Source of the DNA: Alphaproteobacteria bacterium
Lineage (GTDB): Bacteria > Pseudomonadota > Alphaproteobacteria > CALKHQ01
DNA length: 64,000 nt
NCBI GenBank assembly: GCA_965227515.1
Contig: CBDDFZ010000001.1
Location: forward strand, 800,001 to 864,000
Reading direction: 5' to 3'
Shown: piece by piece, positions 60,585 to 64,000 of the stretch
Numbering within the stretch: position 1 is the first letter of the stretch
Layout of the letters: each line of letters starts with the position of its first letter
Position numbers and translations under genes: made by a program
Notes under the pieces: model-generated
Seen by the model: only the letters and a program-made list of their open reading frames with translations
Database searches by the model: none
What the model was told of the DNA's origin: nothing

Positions 60585-61415
60585 ATGGCGACGTCCGAAG
60601 CGGTGGATGGGATGCCGCGACCGCTGAGCGCCGACGAGGTCGCGCGTTACCACGAGCGCGGCTACGTCACGCCATCGGTCAGGTTGCCTGACGATACCCT
60701 GGCGGCGCTGACCGCGGCCACCGATGCCCTGATCGCGGCCAATCCGGAGACGCGGCCGGAGGACCTGGCTGTCCCGCACGTGGCAGGCGGGGCCAGCGGC
60801 CGGCTGAACACGCCGGCAGACCTGCGCGAGACGTTCCTGGAGATCGGCCGGCATCCCAGCCTGGTCGGCGCCGCGGCCCAACTGATCGGACCCGACATCA
60901 TCCTGTGGTCGAGCCATGCCTTCTGCAAGCCGCCGTCCACCGGGGCCGCCGTGCCGTGGCACCAGGATGGCGCCTACTGGCCGATCAAGCCGATGGCGAC
61001 GTGCTCGGTCTGGATCGCCATCGATGCATCAGGGCCCGAGAACGGATGCCTGCGCGTGGTCCCGGGCAGCCATGCCGAGGGCCTGCTCGCCCACGGCCGC
61101 GAGGCCGACAAGGCGCTTGCGCTCGACTCCGCCGTCGACCCGCAGGCGTTCGACAGCGCGGCGGCCGAGGACGTGGTGCTGGCGCCGGGGGCGCTGTCGT
61201 TCCACGACGTCCATCTGGTGCACGGCTCGGAGCCGAACCGCTCCAGCCGGTCGCGCCGCGCGATGGTCTACCGCTACATGCCCGCGCACGCGCACTACGA
61301 CCGCGCGACGCCGGACTATGTGATGGGCAATGGCGGGGTGATGCACTGGGCCGACCGGCCGATCTGGCTGGTGCATGGCCAAAACCGCCACCCGGGCAAC
61401 GTGGTGCAGGCCTAG
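60585..61415 (+). CDS. Phytanoyl-CoA dioxygenase (PhyH) family enzyme
   Basis: PWHQD, ENGCLRVVPGSH and LVHGSEPNRS. GGAGG RBS. Confidence 0.9.
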   Translation: MATSEAVDGMPRPLSADEVARYHERGYVTPSVRLPDDTLAALTAATDALIAANPETRPEDLAVPHVAGGASGRLNTPADLRETFLEIGRHPSLVGAAAQLIGPDIILWSSHAFCKPPSTGAAVPWHQDGAYWPIKPMATCSVWIAIDASGPENGCLRVVPGSHAEGLLAHGREADKALALDSAVDPQAFDSAAAEDVVLAPGALSFHDVHLVHGSEPNRSSRSRRAMVYRYMPAHAHYDRATPDYVMGNGGVMHWADRPIWLVHGQNRHPGNVVQA

Positions 61416-61539
61416 AGCATGATCACTTAAGTCGGCACCGGCCCTCTCCCCCACCCGGCCACCCACGAGAGTATCCTGCTGGGTGGCCGGGTGGGGGAGA
61501 GGGCTGGCGCAGATTCAGCGTAAGCTGATCCCTGTCTAG
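61412..61539. repeat. About 128-bp CTAG-bounded MITE-like element (copy D)
   Basis: Reverse-orientation counterpart of 6428-6556. The first CTAG includes the PhyH stop codon. Confidence 0.85.
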
Positions 61540-61602
61540 GAACGCCAGTTCCCACCACCTCCCGTCGTCATGAGCGTTGTCAGTTGCGTTACAACACACA
61601 CC

Positions 61603-61783
61603 ATTGTCGCCCTCGCGCTTGTCGCGAGGGCCCATTTGCGGGGCGGTTCAGACCTGTGCCAAAGGGAGATGGTTGCGTTGACCCATCGAAACTGGGCGTT
61701 TGCCACATAGGGAGTCAAACCACTCTGACCTATTGATATACTGGACAAGAATGGGTCCTCGCCACAAGGGCGAGGACGACAAT
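61603..61783. repeat. REP-like doublet (TTGTCGCCCTCG...GGGCCCAT / ATGGGTCCTCG...GACGACAA)
   Basis: Same family as 48766-48944, with an AT-richer spacer. Confidence 0.75.
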
Positions 61784-61871
61784 TTCTTCTTGTTGCGAGG
61801 GTCGAGCGAACGCGCACCAAAATGTGCAAGCTGCGCGGGCCGCAAAAAAGCGCGTTACGCCGGCCCTGACA

Positions 61872-62414
61872 TCAAGGATCGTCGCCGAAGATGCGGCCGA
61901 TCGGGATCGAGTAGTTGACGCTGATGATCTCGGTGCCGGGGTTGCGGTCGCCGAGGTCGGCGTTTGAGATGTGGCTGAACCCGACCGACAGGCGCGAGTA
62001 GTTGTCGAACCGGTAGCCAAGCTCGACGCCGGACCGGAACTCCAGCGCGTAGCCCAGGTCGGGCCCGTCGCCGTTGTTGTAGTAGCCGGCGCCAACGCTG
62101 CCGGTCAGCACCACGCGGTTGCCGAAGTAGATGTCGACAAGGCTGCCGGCACCGATCCAAATGGCCGAATCGCTGGTCACTTCCACGCCGGCCCAAGGCT
62201 TCAAGTAGAAGAGGTCGTCGTCGTGTCGGTACTCGATGCGGAAGTCGCCGGCCGAGTTGTCGTTGCGGATCACGTCGAAGGCACCGACACCCAGCGTCAG
62301 GAACGCTGGATCCTCGGCCGATGCCGACCCGACGGTCATGGGCGCCGCCGTGGCGGTGAGTAGCGCGCCCGCCAGCACGGTGCGCGCCAGGAGCATGGGT
62401 GCGAATCGGGTCAC
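61872..62414 (-). CDS. pagL: Lipid A 3-O-deacylase / acyloxyacyl hydrolase (PagL family)
   Basis: Beta-barrel pattern with LEFRS and SHISNA...NPGTE catalytic motif. Confidence 0.85.
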   Translation of the reverse strand: MTRFAPMLLARTVLAGALLTATAAPMTVGSASAEDPAFLTLGVGAFDVIRNDNSAGDFRIEYRHDDDLFYLKPWAGVEVTSDSAIWIGAGSLVDIYFGNRVVLTGSVGAGYYNNGDGPDLGYALEFRSGVELGYRFDNYSRLSVGFSHISNADLGDRNPGTEIISVNYSIPIGRIFGDDP

Positions 62415-62509
62415 TGGAGCATTCTCCCTGTTTCGCGGGGGATCATAAGCGGGCCGGGGCGTGTTGCAAGCCGCGATGGGCGAACCGCGATGCGCACGGG
62501 GCCATGCCG

Positions 62510-62854
62510 TTATTCCACGCGGTTTGCCGCATGGGCCACGATCTCGCCGAACTCGGACAGGAATACGGAGCCGCGCACCGTGCGTTGCAACAGCACGTTG
62601 CGCCGGTCGGCCGGGTCGCGGCGCCGCTTGACCAGGCCGAGATAGGACAGGCGGTCGATGGCGCGGGTGATCACCGGCTTGGTGACGCCCAGGTCGGCCG
62701 CGAGCCCGCGCACCGTGTGCGGCGGCTCGGTCTTGTAGATGGCCAGGATCACCGCCATCTGGCGCGCGGTCAGGTCGGGACCGTCGCGGCGCACCGATTC
62801 CGAAATCGACAGCCGCCATACGTCAAGCGCCTGCTGGGGCGACAGCTCGGGCAT
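62510..62854 (-). CDS. MarR-family winged-helix regulator
   Basis: DLTARQ, TVRGLAA.L.V.KP.ITRA and DRRNV. Confidence 0.88.
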   Translation of the reverse strand: MPELSPQQALDVWRLSISESVRRDGPDLTARQMAVILAIYKTEPPHTVRGLAADLGVTKPVITRAIDRLSYLGLVKRRRDPADRRNVLLQRTVRGSVFLSEFGEIVAHAANRVE

Positions 62855-62916
62855 GCGAGAGTCCTAGAGTACTTTCCGTGTGGGCTGGCGCCGGTTCAGC
62901 GTAACCGACAAACGAT

Positions 62917-64000
62917 CTAGCGCCCGCGCGCGTCGACCGGCCAGATCGCCTCCAGCGCCTCGCCGCGCACGCAGTGATAGGCATTGTGCAGGTTCACGGT
63001 CGGGTCGCAGTGCGGCACCACGCATTCGACCATGTGGCCGGGCTCCAGCGGCGGCAGCGCCTCCCCCAGCTCCAGCCGGCCGTGCTCGTCGCCCATGAAG
63101 CCATAGGCGATGTCGGTCGGTGCGCCGCGGGCCACCCGGGGCGGCGGGCCGTCGGTGGCGAACGCCTTCAGGCCGCCATCGGTGGTCGCGGCATTGTGCC
63201 GGTTGGCGCTGACCACGGCGGCGGCCACGAACAGGGCCGGCTCGAACGGCCAGGCATTGCCGCGCGGGCCGACGTCGATGTACTGGACGTCCATGAACGG
63301 GTAGGAGCCAACCTGCAGCTCGGTGAAGACGCCGAGCTCGGTCACCAGGTCGAAAGTGCCGGTGCCGCCGCCGCTGATGATGGCGGGAGGCAGGCCGGCG
63401 CCGGACAGGTCGTCGCGCACCTCGCTGACGACACGGCCCAGCTCGTCGGTGGCGGCGGTGCGGGCATCCACCCCCTCGATGTGCTGATGATGGCCGGCAT
63501 AGGCCTGGATGCCCTCGAACGTCAGCGCGGGCGCGGCGTCGATCGCGCGTGCCAGCGCCACCATATCCGCCGGTGCGGCCCCGGTGCGGTCCAGCCCGAC
63601 GTCCAGGTCGACGATCAGGCGCAGCGTCAGCCCGGCGGCGGTGGCGGCATCGTTCAGCACCGGCGTCATCCGCGCATCGTCGATCACGCACATCGCGTCG
63701 GGAGCGCGGCCGGCCAGGGCGATCAGACGGTCGATCTTCACCTTGGTGGTGACCGGCGAGGTGATCAGCACGCCGGCGACGCCGCCGTTCACCATCGCCT
63801 CGGCCTCGCCCATGGTCGCGCAGCAGATGCCGACCGCGCCCGCCGCCGCCTGGCGTCGCGCGATCTCGACCGATTTGTGCGACTTGGCGTGCGGCCTGAT
63901 CTTGATGTTGTTGCGCGCGGCATAGTCCGCCATCGCCGCCAGATTGCGCTCGAACGCATCCATGTCCAGCACCAGCGCCGGGGTGTTCAGCCGGCCGCGG
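62917..64000 (-). CDS. DSD1 / D-threonine aldolase family PLP enzyme, 5' end outside the window
   Basis: TPALVLD, RPHAKSHKS, GGGTGT, EHG and HCDPTVN. Confidence 0.9.
   Translation of the reverse strand, partial: RGRLNTPALVLDMDAFERNLAAMADYAARNNIKIRPHAKSHKSVEIARRQAAAGAVGICCATMGEAEAMVNGGVAGVLITSPVTTKVKIDRLIALAGRAPDAMCVIDDARMTPVLNDAATAAGLTLRLIVDLDVGLDRTGAAPADMVALARAIDAAPALTFEGIQAYAGHHQHIEGVDARTAATDELGRVVSEVRDDLSGAGLPPAIISGGGTGTFDLVTELGVFTELQVGSYPFMDVQYIDVGPRGNAWPFEPALFVAAAVVSANRHNAATTDGGLKAFATDGPPPRVARGAPTDIAYGFMGDEHGRLELGEALPPLEPGHMVECVVPHCDPTVNLHNAYHCVRGEALEAIWPVDARGR

Overview
High-GC (roughly 68-70% by eye) alphaproteobacterial chromosome segment, probably Rhodospirillales-like. It holds about 55 genes. 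Most are housekeeping or metabolic: efp-suhB, thiE, class I aldolase, bpt, a TRAP transporter, a sugar-acid dehydratase, lpdA, a MesD-like methionine synthase, rpmE, the gcvT-H-PA-PB operon under a tandem glycine riboswitch, ispH-thrB-rnhA, rluB-rsmD and pagL. Several REP/MITE-like repeat families lie between them. Five things stand out. (1) An orphan PemK/MazF-fold RNase gene has a sigma70-like promoter embedded in its 3' end. This promoter points at a compact, terminated, hairpin-rich putative ncRNA with five CAAG motifs, making a candidate RNA-antitoxin (type III-like) system. (2) An IS110/IS1111 element sits precisely inside a REP, and its 3' non-coding region carries four readable guide segments matching the REP target and the IS circle junction (bridge/seekRNA). 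(3) A TetR-associated operon of KAS III, a heme-oxygenase-like diiron oxidase and a hypothetical protein has an unknown product. (4) A MotA/MotB-like pair has a MotB-like subunit with a coiled coil of about 1,050 residues. (5) A 7TM sensor kinase and NarL regulator lie next to two low-complexity lipoprotein genes that share a 20-bp operator-like palindrome. All calls come from reading motifs by eye; no searches were run.
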